IMG/VR virus record: IMGVR_UViG_2516653005_000001
Span: 1 to 64,000 of that record
Origin: a virus
Taxonomy: Duplodnaviria; Caudoviricetes
DNA: 64,000 nucleotides
Direction: 5' to 3' (one strand)
The notes under the pieces were generated by a model. The model did not search any database, had not been told where the DNA came from, and saw nothing but the letters and a program-made list of their open reading frames with translations. This document shows positions 8,926-19,239 of the stretch, one piece after another; within the stretch, counting starts at the first letter, position 1; each line of letters begins with the position of its first letter. The position numbers were made by a program, and so were the translations under genes.

Positions 8926-10866
8926 TCAAGCGGCCAACAACTGATCCACCCGCTCTTCGGGTTTCCACTTGCCGTTCTGCAGAGTGATCAGTGCGCGCTT
9001 GCCATCCGGGTACTGGATAATATGCGAGACGGCCCAACCGCTCGGACCCCTGTTGTAGCCGTGCCGCAGGTTCATCGCGCCGGAGACATAGACGCCATCC
9101 ATGATCTCGGGGCTGTGCTTGTCGCCGATGCTCATCTTGCGGCCGATGCGTGCGAAGCCAGTGACCGTGCCCTTCGCGCCGTTCGCACCACGGAAGCCGT
9201 GGTGTCCAACCTCGATGCCGTCGATCAGCTTGCTATAGCCGTCGTGACACCACTCCAGACGATCACCGAGTTCGGGACGCTTGTGCCTGATCGCATGCTC
9301 AAGCAGCGAGAACCGAGGCAGCGGCTTCCCGGTGTCGAGAGCAGTAGACCTGTCCTCGACGTAGGCGAGGTAGGCGTCCTCAAGTTGGAGCCCGAAGCGG
9401 ATGTTGCTTCCGTCGTGGCGATAGCGCCCCTCGCGGACGTAGCGCTCCAAAGCGAGGTCGTGATTGCCCTCTGCGATGATGATGTTGCGAGAGGCATCAG
9501 CTAGTCGAGCGAGGAAGTCCGAGGTCTGCACAACCTCGTCCTCGACCGAGTCACGCTTACGGATCGCCATCTCATACGAGTAGGCGTTGTCGTTGGCGTG
9601 ATGGTGGTTGCGCGCCTCGTTGTCGAAGATGTCATGCACGATGACATTCTCCGGGTTCAGCACCTCAAGGATGCTGCCGGACGCGAAATCGCCGGTCAGA
9701 TCGAATCCGAACGTCGCTTTGGAATTGGCAGCGTCGAGCTTGCGGACGTGAATGTCGGCACAAGTGATCGCACGGACACGATGTCCGGTCGTGATCTCGG
9801 CGTTCTTGATGTGACGATCGAGGTCGTAAAACGAGCCATCGTCATTGGCCGTGATCTGCCGGCAGAAGACATCGCCGTCAGCGTCGAACTGGACGACGAC
9901 TGCGCCGACGACCTGATGGAAGATGGCCTTGATGCCGGCCTTCCGAGGGATGACCTTCGGTCGGGTGACGCAGCCGGTCGTCATGACCTGATGCGCCTGG
10001 ATGCTTGGATCTGTGGAGGGAACGCTCTTTAGCTGCCTCTTGGCATGCGGGAATACGGCCCAGCGACCACGCGGATACGTCTGCAGGTCGGAGATCGGCT
10101 GAGAAGCAGTCGGGAGGATGTTCAGCTCACCGCAAAAAACGAAGCTGTCGCCGATCTTCATCTGGCCAAAGCACAGATGCGGCGTCAGCTCGTCGGCGTA
10201 AGCGCGAGACTGAGGATTGTTCTCAGACCACCATTGGGTCTCGTATGTGAACGGGCCGACGACAATCTCGGCTCCGATATAGGCGGCGTAGGCCTGTAGG
10301 TTCGCCCAAAACTCCTCATGGAGGAGCGCGTCGTTCTGGGCGGCAGTGAAAATGAACGACTTGTTGCGGCTGTCCTCGACCGGCTCGACACGAAGGGTGT
10401 CGCTCAACCAGGTTCTCGGAGTGCCTTCGACCTCGATATAATCCTGAAGCTTGCGATTATAGCGAAGACCCGTGTGGGCATCGACGATGATCGCCTCTGG
10501 ATTGATGAGGGGGTATTTGCTCTTGGTGACGAGCGCGGTGATTTCGGACGCAAGCGATCGAGCTCGTGCGAAGGCGTGATCCTTCACCGAGGGCTGGTCG
10601 TCTGCACCATTCGAGATCGTTGCGCTGGGGGTCGGCTTGACGAACAGCGACCAATCGACAGCGAAATTCAGCTTTCCGGCGTCGCGGAATGCCTCTTCGT
10701 CACGCACCCAGCGGGGATAGTTGATCTTCTCGCGTCGCTCCGCCTCCTTGGTCGCGGAGGCGATGCCGCCTCGCTGACCCTGAGGGGAGTAGCCTTGCTT
10801 GAGCAGATCCTCGACGACGGCTTTGCGCCGTGCTCTTTCTTCTGACGGAACTGGCGGCGTTGGCAT
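8926..10866 (-). CDS. Large phage protein with a C-terminal calcineurin-like metallophosphoesterase domain
   Basis: ADIH, HDIFD, EGNHD, GHHG, GDKHSP; start at MPTPPV assumed. Confidence 0.75.
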   Translation of the reverse strand: MPTPPVPSEERARRKAVVEDLLKQGYSPQGQRGGIASATKEAERREKINYPRWVRDEEAFRDAGKLNFAVDWSLFVKPTPSATISNGADDQPSVKDHAFARARSLASEITALVTKSKYPLINPEAIIVDAHTGLRYNRKLQDYIEVEGTPRTWLSDTLRVEPVEDSRNKSFIFTAAQNDALLHEEFWANLQAYAAYIGAEIVVGPFTYETQWWSENNPQSRAYADELTPHLCFGQMKIGDSFVFCGELNILPTASQPISDLQTYPRGRWAVFPHAKRQLKSVPSTDPSIQAHQVMTTGCVTRPKVIPRKAGIKAIFHQVVGAVVVQFDADGDVFCRQITANDDGSFYDLDRHIKNAEITTGHRVRAITCADIHVRKLDAANSKATFGFDLTGDFASGSILEVLNPENVIVHDIFDNEARNHHHANDNAYSYEMAIRKRDSVEDEVVQTSDFLARLADASRNIIIAEGNHDLALERYVREGRYRHDGSNIRFGLQLEDAYLAYVEDRSTALDTGKPLPRFSLLEHAIRHKRPELGDRLEWCHDGYSKLIDGIEVGHHGFRGANGAKGTVTGFARIGRKMSIGDKHSPEIMDGVYVSGAMNLRHGYNRGPSGWAVSHIIQYPDGKRALITLQNGKWKPEERVDQLLAA

Positions 10867-10976
10867 TGTACCTCTGAGTTGGATAGCAAAATCAACGTTT
10901 TGCCGTGTCCGACTAGCACATCGTTTGCACGAATGCAAACGTTTGCAATCGAAATATCCCACTCAGAGGTGCCGAA

Positions 10977-11297
10977 TTACCCTTTCACGAGTTTCGACAA
11001 CCGCTCAACCACGGTGTCCGGAAGCTTCATGATCTGCTCCGACACGAGGTCAATGCGCTTGGTGAGGCGATCCTCAATCAGGCGAACCGTATCCCACGAC
11101 GCGTATTCCTGGGTGACGTGAAGCTTGAAGTCGTTGAGCTGCTTCTCCGCGCCCCTGGCGGCGTCCAGGGCCTTGCTCTCGATATCACGGATACGCACCT
11201 CGAACTTCCACCACACGCCAATCAGCGCCATGATGAAGGTCAGCAGAATGCCAAGAGACGAGATGATGTTCTGAGACGAGATGTCTACCTGCATCAT
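10977..11297 (-). CDS. Lysis-cassette membrane protein (possible holin or spanin component)
   Basis: N-terminal TM plus coiled coil; downstream of the endolysin. Confidence 0.5.
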   Translation of the reverse strand: MMQVDISSQNIISSLGILLTFIMALIGVWWKFEVRIRDIESKALDAARGAEKQLNDFKLHVTQEYASWDTVRLIEDRLTKRIDLVSEQIMKLPDTVVERLSKLVKG

Positions 11298-11638
11298 CCA
11301 CCTCCTTTCCGGTGGAGATTTCGTTCGACCGGCTTGGCCTTGCCGGCGCGATCCGCACCGACGTTGCTGCCCTCCTGTTTGAGGGCTTCAACTCGTTCAG
11401 TCATGGTCTTGAGATTGCTTTCGATGCCAGAGAGTTGCCGCGACAGCACAGAGATGCGTGCCGCAGAGACCGCCTCCCCGGCCTTCATGCCGCGATTGTA
11501 GGTGACGGCGGTCCAGACGATAAACAGTGCCAGCAGCAAGGTCCGAACCGCCCCCTTGCGCTTCAGTGCAGTCCGGGTTGCTTTCGCAAACCGAGACGCG
11601 GCCGGGACTAGCCCGACCAGCTTCTCATAGAGCCACAT
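11294..11638 (-). CDS. Lysis-cassette membrane protein (possible i-spanin)
   Basis: One TM plus coiled coil, directly after the endolysin. Confidence 0.5.
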   Translation of the reverse strand: MWLYEKLVGLVPAASRFAKATRTALKRKGAVRTLLLALFIVWTAVTYNRGMKAGEAVSAARISVLSRQLSGIESNLKTMTERVEALKQEGSNVGADRAGKAKPVERNLHRKGGG

Positions 11639-11640
11639 GA

Positions 11641-12834
11641 TCAGATGCCCAGGTGCTCACCGAGCTGGTGATCACGGAGCCTTTGCTTGATGATGTCCCC
11701 GTAGAGCTGCCAGGTGACCGCACCAACGATGATCGCGCCCACCCACCAGTACGGCGTTAGGGCATCGACAAAGCCCTTGATGCTGTCGAACACGCCCTTG
11801 GCAGTGTCGATCTTCCCCGCAAATTCCTGCGCTTGGTCGAGCAGTCCGGTGGACTGCGCGCCGCCAGCTGCGCCGACACCAACCAGAACCTTCGAGACGA
11901 CCGACCCCTTGTCTGCGGATGCCACGATCTGAGAGCCCTTGTCACGAAGATCCCCGACAGTGGCTTCGGAGCGGGCATCGTCCACCTCACGCGGAGAAGC
12001 CTTGTCGAGCTGCTCGCGAGTTTCCTGATTGATGTTGCCTGTGACCTTGAGACCGTAACGGCGCTGGAACGCCGCGAGTGCTCCTGATGTCAGGTCTCCG
12101 AACTTTCCGTCGATCGCACCAACAGGATAGCCAAGCTCCTTGAGCCGAGACTGGATTGCTCGCGTCTCAGCGTCACCAGGGGTCGGGCTGAGATCCTTGT
12201 TGGCAATCCGGCGAGCCCACCTCTCTTCGGCGAGACGCATCTTGCCATCGTAGTTGTTCTTCCTGAAACCCGAGCCGTTGTAGACGCGAGCGAACGACGT
12301 GAAATCCTTCGTCTTCAAGAATTTGTCGAGCTTCGCCGTCTTGATCTCACGGACCAGCGCATTCACCTGCGCATCGATACCTCCAGCACTCAACTCCCGA
12401 ACCATGTCGGTCGCGGTGGCGTACCCGAGCCTCTCGGCGTTGAAGCCCATCGTCTGACCAAGGCCCCACGACGTCGCGCGGTTCGCGACATCCTCATCGA
12501 TCGCCCGAGCCTTCGCGATAAGAGCGAGCCGACCCTGCGAGCTCCCCTCATCGAAATACTGACCCTTGATACCGCGAGACGCATCCTTCGGCGTCCACTT
12601 CGGAATGGCGAGGCCAGCCGCCACGGCCTTCGACAGCTTCTCAGGAGCGTGGACCTTCAGTTCCGAATAGAACTTGTGGCGTTCGAAGAGCAGCGACGGC
12701 GTCACGCCATCGTCCTCGAATGGCTTACCCGACGTCTCGCACTCGACAATTGCGAGCAGCGCAGACGCGGGCCAGCCGTTCTCCTTCGCCGCAGCAATGA
12801 CTGCGTCGATCACTTCCTTACTGAACATAATCAA
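11641..12834 (-). CDS. Endolysin: N-acetylmuramidase (DUF3380-like) + peptidoglycan-binding domain + C-terminal TM
   Basis: LLFERHKF, TSWGLGQTMGFN, FARVYNG; IQSRLKELGY...IDGKFG...FQRRYGL. Confidence 0.9.
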   Translation of the reverse strand: MIMFSKEVIDAVIAAAKENGWPASALLAIVECETSGKPFEDDGVTPSLLFERHKFYSELKVHAPEKLSKAVAAGLAIPKWTPKDASRGIKGQYFDEGSSQGRLALIAKARAIDEDVANRATSWGLGQTMGFNAERLGYATATDMVRELSAGGIDAQVNALVREIKTAKLDKFLKTKDFTSFARVYNGSGFRKNNYDGKMRLAEERWARRIANKDLSPTPGDAETRAIQSRLKELGYPVGAIDGKFGDLTSGALAAFQRRYGLKVTGNINQETREQLDKASPREVDDARSEATVGDLRDKGSQIVASADKGSVVSKVLVGVGAAGGAQSTGLLDQAQEFAGKIDTAKGVFDSIKGFVDALTPYWWVGAIIVGAVTWQLYGDIIKQRLRDHQLGEHLGI

Positions 12835-12863
12835 TCCACCTGAAATTTGCTTTCGAGCAAACG

Positions 12864-14018
12864 CTACGGCAAGGCCGGCACGGGAATTTCCTCGAAGCTC
12901 TCCGGCTTAAATCCGTTGTACTTGCGCAGAAATTCTCCGAGCAGTTCGCCGGGCAACGGGTTGAGAAATTCCTTGGTTGCTCGATTGGAGTAGTCAGCAC
13001 CGTCACCAGGCGCCCTGCACTCAAGCGCAGACCTGATGCCGGTAGACTTGATGTAGGTGTGCGTCGCTTTATCGATAACGTACGATCCGTTGATCCCGTC
13101 GCGCATGCCTTCAACAATCAACGTCTGCATGTCCCTGATCCACGGATCGCCCTTCGCAAGGTCGAATGTCGCGAACACAGAAGCCCTGTTGAACGACTCC
13201 ATTCGCGACTTCGCAGCAGCTTCCGCCTCGGCCCGCGAGGCGAAGGTCGGTCCGATTGGAAAGCCGTTCTTAAATTCTCCGAACCCCTCAGCGATTGCCC
13301 CAAGAGGACCAGCGTTGACCCATTTGCGAACATGGTCCACTGGATCGTGGTAAGACGCCTGCACACCATCGACGTCGTTTCGGTCGTTGTAGCGCACCAT
13401 CCACGAACCGAAGTGCTCCTTCTGAAGCACCAAGGTTGGGACAGGTATGCCACTCGCCGTCTCAGTTCCATCTCGTGGAACGAACAACAGCTTGCCGTCG
13501 ACGACCTTAGCGACAGCTCCGAAGATGCGTTCAAGCTCATGAACGATGTGATTGTTCGAGACTAATTGATTCTTGAACGGCAACTGCGCTGAACCGAGCG
13601 CACCAGCAATAGCAACACCGAGACCTGCCTCGCCAGCGATCTGCGAAAGAATGCTGCCAACTGTAGGGTTTGCAAACTCCCTGATACGTGGAGCTTTCAT
13701 GATCGTCTTCATTCCGGTCGAATTGCCGGTAAGTTGGATGCTGCGCGGCATTCCGAGAAAGGTGACGTCGTCAATCGAGAATTGACCCATGTAGGCCAAT
13801 CCGACTTCTTGATATCCGAGCCACACCTCGATGACGTCGCCAACGACCGGCCTTGCGATCTTCCAGTCTCTATCGTCAACCTTGATGACGCACTGATCTC
13901 CGTCACCGCCACCAGATTGAAGAACGACCTTGATGTCTGTTGTTCTGTCGTTGAACCGATCTGTTACGTCGACATCACCCTTCATGATCCGATAGATCGG
14001 AGTGTAGCCAGTGGTCAT
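12864..14018 (-). CDS. Baseplate hub / P2 gpD-like late control protein
   Basis: Position after the tail X and gpU genes; VDDRD, WLGY..LAYMGQF.IDDV. Confidence 0.8.
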   Translation of the reverse strand: MTTGYTPIYRIMKGDVDVTDRFNDRTTDIKVVLQSGGGDGDQCVIKVDDRDWKIARPVVGDVIEVWLGYQEVGLAYMGQFSIDDVTFLGMPRSIQLTGNSTGMKTIMKAPRIREFANPTVGSILSQIAGEAGLGVAIAGALGSAQLPFKNQLVSNNHIVHELERIFGAVAKVVDGKLLFVPRDGTETASGIPVPTLVLQKEHFGSWMVRYNDRNDVDGVQASYHDPVDHVRKWVNAGPLGAIAEGFGEFKNGFPIGPTFASRAEAEAAAKSRMESFNRASVFATFDLAKGDPWIRDMQTLIVEGMRDGINGSYVIDKATHTYIKSTGIRSALECRAPGDGADYSNRATKEFLNPLPGELLGEFLRKYNGFKPESFEEIPVPALP

Positions 14019-14041
14019 ACAAATTACTCAAAAATGCGCCC

Positions 14042-14263
14042 TCAATCCCACAAGAAGACTTGCTTCAAGACCGGAGCCTTCTTCACGGTCACTGTCGGTT
14101 CGGGTAGGTTGATGATAATGCCCGGCGGCAGCAGAAAACCGTGCTGCTCAATGTCGGGATTTGCTTCGATGACGAACTCGACGATGTGCTGCGTAGTCGC
14201 GCCGTATCGCGCGTGGCAGATGCGATCGAGCCTGTCGTACATCTTCGTTCGATAGGTCGCCAT
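14042..14263 (-). CDS. P2 gpX-like LysM tail protein
   Basis: YRTK..DRLDRIC..YG..VIEANP..LPPG..INLP..LWD. Confidence 0.9.
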   Translation of the reverse strand: MATYRTKMYDRLDRICHARYGATTQHIVEFVIEANPDIEQHGFLLPPGIIINLPEPTVTVKKAPVLKQVFLWD

Positions 14264-14811
14264 TACGCGCCAGTCCCCTCAGCCGGGGGCTGAACAAAGC
14301 CATCGGGCGTGAATTTGAAGCGCTCGGTTTGACCTGGTTGAACAGCGTCGACGTCGTCGCCGTAGCGGACCAACTCAAGCGTGAAATCGATCTTGTTCGC
14401 CACACCAATTCTTGAAATCTTCGACTCGACCGTGCGAACTCGCTTGATGACAAAGTTGCCAATCAACTCGCTCACCATTCCGGATGGCTCTTCGACAGGA
14501 TAGAAGCGCATCAGGATCATCGGCTTGCCGTTGACGCCAGCGGCTCTTAGCCGATCGATAGTCGACAAGCCTCCGAAGAACATCGGATAGATCTTGCCCT
14601 CAACGACGATGTTCTCTTCACCAGGACCGGTGAACTGCATCGCTGGACGGCGCGACAGTCGGTCGTTTGAAACCCATGTATATTGATCGTCACGCTGCAA
14701 CGTATCGAACCCGGCCGAGTCTGTTCCGGGCACGGGGACGTAAAACAGAATGTAATCGTTTTCGTTGTGTGTAGGCGTCGTGGGTCCAAGACCCATCAGA
14801 ACCCAGGCCAT
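14263..14811 (-). CDS. P2 gpU-like tail protein
   Basis: RPAMQFTGPGEE.I..EG..YP, G.FVI, IDFTLEL.RY; start at MAWVL assumed. Confidence 0.85.
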   Translation of the reverse strand: MAWVLMGLGPTTPTHNENDYILFYVPVPGTDSAGFDTLQRDDQYTWVSNDRLSRRPAMQFTGPGEENIVVEGKIYPMFFGGLSTIDRLRAAGVNGKPMILMRFYPVEEPSGMVSELIGNFVIKRVRTVESKISRIGVANKIDFTLELVRYGDDVDAVQPGQTERFKFTPDGFVQPPAEGTGA

Positions 14812-14831
14812 CAAAACTCTCTTCAAGAAAC

Positions 14832-14861
14832 AAAAATCCCAGCCCTCGAAAGGGCTGGGAT
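14832..14861 (-). terminator. Intrinsic terminator-like hairpin after the tape measure gene
   Basis: atcccagccc-tcgaaa-gggctgggat followed by a U-run on the minus strand. Confidence 0.65.
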
Positions 14862-14886
14862 GCAAAGTCACGTCACCGGATGACGG

Positions 14887-17800
14887 TTAGGTCATCTGGT
14901 TATCGACGTCGTGAAGTCTCCAGTTCATTGACTCGTCGATACGACGCTGGACGAGCGTGGCAAGCGCCTCAGGATCGTGGCTGCCACCATTGATGTGGAT
15001 CTGCACATTGCTTCCACCTCCGGCTCCGCCAGTAGCATTCCCGGCCGAATTGTTCGGCGTCACTATTGACGGAACATTGTCAGTCACGCCTGCCTGCTGT
15101 TTCTGCGCATCAATCTTCTGCTTGGCAAAATCATGATACATCTTCGCAGCGGCTTCGCTGTTGAACTGAAAGTGGATGTGTCCGCCTGTCGCATTTGAAG
15201 ACGGATTGCGATACTCATCGATGACCTTGAACATGTCGTCGGTCAAACCGGCGCTACGGAGCTGATTTCTCACAGCTTCGGCAGCCTCGGCCGATTTACG
15301 AGGATCAAGGATCGTGAAATCGCCGGCGAGACCAGATGCGTGTTTGCTCTTGGTCCCCTTGTGGTACAGATCGTTGAACGCAGTGAAGCGGTTCATGCCA
15401 CCAGGGATCGTGTCCTTGATAGCGTTAGCGACCGCGAACATCGCTGGGTTAGTCTCGCCGCCCTGGAGCGCTTGACTTCCCTTGATCGGGAGCCCCTCTG
15501 GACCGAACGCCGCCAGCGGAGAGTTTCCGCCCTCGCCCGCGATGCCCCGTTTCAGAAACTCACGATAAGCCCTGGAAGCGGCGTGCCCACGCAGTCGCCC
15601 CCATTTGCCACCACCCCAGTGATTGAACCTCTCGCGATTGATGTTGACGCCTGTGCCGCCGGCCTCATAGTTCGGATCACCGGCGCTACCTTGATCGGTG
15701 TAGCCATCGATCTGATTGCTGCCGGCCAGGGCCTCATCAATCTGCTTCAGTCGCGCCTTGAGCCTCTCGGGATTGCGCTCAAGTTCACGAAGCCTTGGTT
15801 CAACCAGTCCACGACGGACTGGACCGTAGAAGCTTCTCGAGCCTCCACCAATGCCCTTTGCAACGGTGCCGCCCATCATGTCCATGCGATTGAACAGACT
15901 TTCGGCGACCGCTGTACCGGCACCAGGATTTTCCAGATCGATTAGAGCGGCGAACCGCTTCTTCAGCTCCGGATTGGCTTCAAGCTCCTTGCGGAACTTC
16001 TCTCTGCGAGCCGCTAAGAAGGCAGAGCCCTTCTTGCCAGCCCCAACGTTGTCCGGGCTGCCACCCTGGTAGCCACCCGTGGCGCCACCAGCGCCGCCGC
16101 CTGAACCACCTTCCAACGACCCACCACGCCCATCAAGTGATGGGACGCGGCCTCGCTTGATGATGCCGTCACGCCCCATGCCGAACTTCGGCAGAGCGCC
16201 CCCTGGCGTCGCATTGAACAGGTCGATCGGCGTTCCGGACGACCCGCCGCCAGGAGCAGAAGCAAAGCTTCCGGCCGCTCCGGGCACACGGAATGCACCC
16301 GCTCCAGAAATGAAGGCCGTCCGCTCAACCGTGCCGCCGAGCTTTTCGAGCTGGCGAGCCAGATCGTCAGCCATTGTGTTTTCGCGTCGACGCCGGCTTC
16401 CCGAGAAGTCAGTTGCATCGCCAACGCTTGCCTTCTTCTTCCTTTTATCCTGGTTCTCGTCCGACTTCTTGCCTTCTGGCTTCGTATCGCCCTTCTGCTT
16501 ATCGAGCACAGCTCGCCAGAAGCCAGACAGCGCAATCATCCAACCAGGAATGAAATTCGTCTCGGATGACGGGCCGACAGCCTTACCTGTAGCTACAACA
16601 TCCTTCGCCGCCTTCTTCGGATCGTCATAGATCTTCTTCAGCGTCAAGATTGACGCCACCAATGCTGACAATCCGCCAGCTATTGCAAGAAGAGGGATAC
16701 CGCCGAACAGCCCCGCGATAGTCGCCAGCAGCATCAGAAAGTCCGTAACCAGACCAAAGATCGACAACACTGGTCGCAGGAAGTGCAAAGCAATGGTGAA
16801 GCCCATGAACTGAGCCACAAACTTGCCCATCGCCTTTGGATCGGCGCTATCGATCCCGAACGCCTCAGCGAGCCCCTTGAAGACACCGCTGATCGTCTGG
16901 ACGACGCTCTTTAGCCCTTCAGCAAACCCCTTCGCGAATTGGAAGAAGGTATCAGCACTCGACATCGAGCCTTGGCCAGGCTTGCCGAATACCTGTTCGA
17001 GCAGATCCTTGAAGGTGCCAGGTCGCCCGAGGAAGCCCTCAACGAAGCCTTCAAGCAGCCTCTTGAACCGCTCCTTGATGCCCCACGTTCCGATCTGCTG
17101 ATACCATTCGGTCAGATAATCAGCAAACTGCGAGAAGTACGGCTTCAAGACGTCGCCGATCTCAGCCTTCAGAACAGCCCATGTCGCCTTCACCACATCG
17201 ATGAAGTGCTCCAGGCTCTTCGAAAACTCAATCCATGTCTGCGACAGGAAGTCGGTATCCTTCGCCTGCCCCTTACTTTCTCGTGCAAGCTTCAGCGATC
17301 GGTCGAGGATTTCCGGCGACTCGATCATGTTGGCAAGGAAGCGCGCGAACTCAGCTCCGAAGAGCGCCGACATGGCGCGGTTCCTGTCTCGCGGCTTCTT
17401 GATGTTCTGGAACGACTTCAGAAGGTCGAACAGAGCATTGTCCGGGTCATTCTCCATACGTTGGCGGAGCTGACCATACGATCCAAATCCGAGCTGCGAC
17501 GGAAGACGCAGAAACAGCTTATCGGCCTCGGATCGTGTATGTTTCTTCCGGATCTCCTTTGCGCGATCCTCGAACTCGTTGATGTCTTCGGCCATGCTGC
17601 CGAGCATCCGCGCCGCCTGCTGGCCTTGGGCGCCGGCCTGAATTGCGGACGCACCGAAAGCCAAGGTGGCCGGGTGGCTCATTCCGAGCATGCCGCCAGA
17701 GCCTAGGCCTGTTCGCAGGAAGCTCAGCATCTGGTCCGGACGCGCTGCGGTCTTGGCGGCGAGATATGCCGTCATGTTGCCGAGGCTGCGGACACCATCA

Positions 17801-18777
17801 ACGCTCAACCGATTGGCGCCCATTTCCTGAGCGATGGCGTAGCCCATGCCCTCCATGGCCTCATTGGCGTCGATGCCGAACGCCTTAGAGAGCTGGGTGA
17901 CCATCTCTGCGGTTTGGGATGCAATCTCTTCAGGAACGCCGGCCTTTGCCGCATCCACAGCCGTCATCATCAGGCTGGCTGGGTTCTGCCCCAGAGCAAC
18001 GCCTCGCGGCAGTGCCCAGGTATTTCGCAGTTGCCGCGCATCGACCTTGCTCTGGTCCATGTTGATGCGAGCTGCCGTCTCGGACTTATCCAATGACAAC
18101 GCTTCAAGCGTTGCCGATCGTCCGGCGGCCCCAACGCCAGCGCCTGCTGCCAGCGCGTAGAATGCCGGCGAGTTGAAGAAGCCATTGCCGTCAAGGCGGT
18201 TCATCATCCGTCCGGGCGCAGATCGCAAGGTGCTGTAGAGCTGCCTGTTGCGTCTAATGCGTGCGGAGTGCAAGTCGCGCTCTCGGCGCTCCTCGTTCTT
18301 CGCCGCCTTGTCCCGGATGCTCTCAATGGCGTTGTTGACCTGCTCTTCGGCAGTCAGTCTATGTTTGTAGCCCTGGTTCCAGACATACGTCATGGCGCTG
18401 CGAAGTTTGATCGCATTCGCCAGGGCTCTCTCATTCTCCCGTTGCGCTGCCTTCGTACCCATCCCGAGCCGCGCAGAGCGCTGGCGGATGATCCGATCCT
18501 GCGCTGCAAAGGAGGCGGCAGTCAGCCTGTCATAGCTCTTCAGAACATTTGCCTGCCGGATGTATTTGTCTGTCAGGCCATCTACACTACGACCAGCCTT
18601 CTGGAGGCGGTGGATGACGGCCTCGTCGACATCAAATTCCGGCATCTTGAACTTCGCGAAGTCGTTCTGAAACTTCTTCGAAATCCGCTGAGCCTTGTTG
18701 AACATCGACTGCATTTCAGCCGTCCAACGATCTTCAGCAATGAACCTTGCTCTTAGATCAAGGATCTCGTCACTCAT
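14887..18777 (-). CDS. Tail tape measure protein
   Basis: 1296 aa, Ala/Gly-rich helical core, follows the chaperone genes. Confidence 0.9.
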   Translation of the reverse strand: MSDEILDLRARFIAEDRWTAEMQSMFNKAQRISKKFQNDFAKFKMPEFDVDEAVIHRLQKAGRSVDGLTDKYIRQANVLKSYDRLTAASFAAQDRIIRQRSARLGMGTKAAQRENERALANAIKLRSAMTYVWNQGYKHRLTAEEQVNNAIESIRDKAAKNEERRERDLHSARIRRNRQLYSTLRSAPGRMMNRLDGNGFFNSPAFYALAAGAGVGAAGRSATLEALSLDKSETAARINMDQSKVDARQLRNTWALPRGVALGQNPASLMMTAVDAAKAGVPEEIASQTAEMVTQLSKAFGIDANEAMEGMGYAIAQEMGANRLSVDGVRSLGNMTAYLAAKTAARPDQMLSFLRTGLGSGGMLGMSHPATLAFGASAIQAGAQGQQAARMLGSMAEDINEFEDRAKEIRKKHTRSEADKLFLRLPSQLGFGSYGQLRQRMENDPDNALFDLLKSFQNIKKPRDRNRAMSALFGAEFARFLANMIESPEILDRSLKLARESKGQAKDTDFLSQTWIEFSKSLEHFIDVVKATWAVLKAEIGDVLKPYFSQFADYLTEWYQQIGTWGIKERFKRLLEGFVEGFLGRPGTFKDLLEQVFGKPGQGSMSSADTFFQFAKGFAEGLKSVVQTISGVFKGLAEAFGIDSADPKAMGKFVAQFMGFTIALHFLRPVLSIFGLVTDFLMLLATIAGLFGGIPLLAIAGGLSALVASILTLKKIYDDPKKAAKDVVATGKAVGPSSETNFIPGWMIALSGFWRAVLDKQKGDTKPEGKKSDENQDKRKKKASVGDATDFSGSRRRRENTMADDLARQLEKLGGTVERTAFISGAGAFRVPGAAGSFASAPGGGSSGTPIDLFNATPGGALPKFGMGRDGIIKRGRVPSLDGRGGSLEGGSGGGAGGATGGYQGGSPDNVGAGKKGSAFLAARREKFRKELEANPELKKRFAALIDLENPGAGTAVAESLFNRMDMMGGTVAKGIGGGSRSFYGPVRRGLVEPRLRELERNPERLKARLKQIDEALAGSNQIDGYTDQGSAGDPNYEAGGTGVNINRERFNHWGGGKWGRLRGHAASRAYREFLKRGIAGEGGNSPLAAFGPEGLPIKGSQALQGGETNPAMFAVANAIKDTIPGGMNRFTAFNDLYHKGTKSKHASGLAGDFTILDPRKSAEAAEAVRNQLRSAGLTDDMFKVIDEYRNPSSNATGGHIHFQFNSEAAAKMYHDFAKQKIDAQKQQAGVTDNVPSIVTPNNSAGNATGGAGGGSNVQIHINGGSHDPEALATLVQRRIDESMNWRLHDVDNQMT

Positions 18778-18805
18778 CGCAGCTCCCGATGCTCAAAAAA
18801 ATAGG

Positions 18806-19000
18806 CTAGGAGGTGCGCCCCCTAGCCTTCGCGATTGCTTCAGCATCCCGCTCGTTCAACGTCTTCACGGCGTCTGCGAAAATGCAAAAATCGGAGTAGT
18901 CCAACTGCTCGACATCATCGAGGGTCCAGTGCCAACGTTCGAACATTGGCACCGCATCCCTCAGGATCGCCTCTATTCGCCCAGCATTGGCCGCAAAAAA
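18806..19000 (-). CDS. -1 frameshift extension of the tail assembly chaperone (P2 gpE'-like)
   Basis: -1 frame entered at T TTT TTG; contains WHWTLDDVEQL. Confidence 0.7.
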   Translation of the reverse strand, partial: FFAANAGRIEAILRDAVPMFERWHWTLDDVEQLDYSDFCIFADAVKTLNERDAEAIAKARGRTS

Positions 19001-19239
19001 TCTTCGAACCACTTCTTCATCGGCGCGAAGTCTTCCACGTCGATTTCAGCGATGATCTTCTCATCGACTTCGAAGAGGTCGGCCAGAACGCGCTCCATCG
19101 CGGACACGCCATCCTTGTCAACATTCTTGATGAAGTTGCGGAGGTCGCGAACCTTCGGGCGTCGAGCCTTGAACTCGATGTATTCCGAACCGCGATACTC
19201 GAAGGGATGGGAGAGGGAAAAAACAACAGAATCAGTCAT
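18973..19239 (-). CDS. Tail assembly chaperone (gpE / Mu gp41-like)
   Basis: Lies between tube and TMP; LSHPF, RRPKVRDL, IDVEDF. Confidence 0.85.
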   Translation of the reverse strand: MTDSVVFSLSHPFEYRGSEYIEFKARRPKVRDLRNFIKNVDKDGVSAMERVLADLFEVDEKIIAEIDVEDFAPMKKWFEDFLRPMLGE

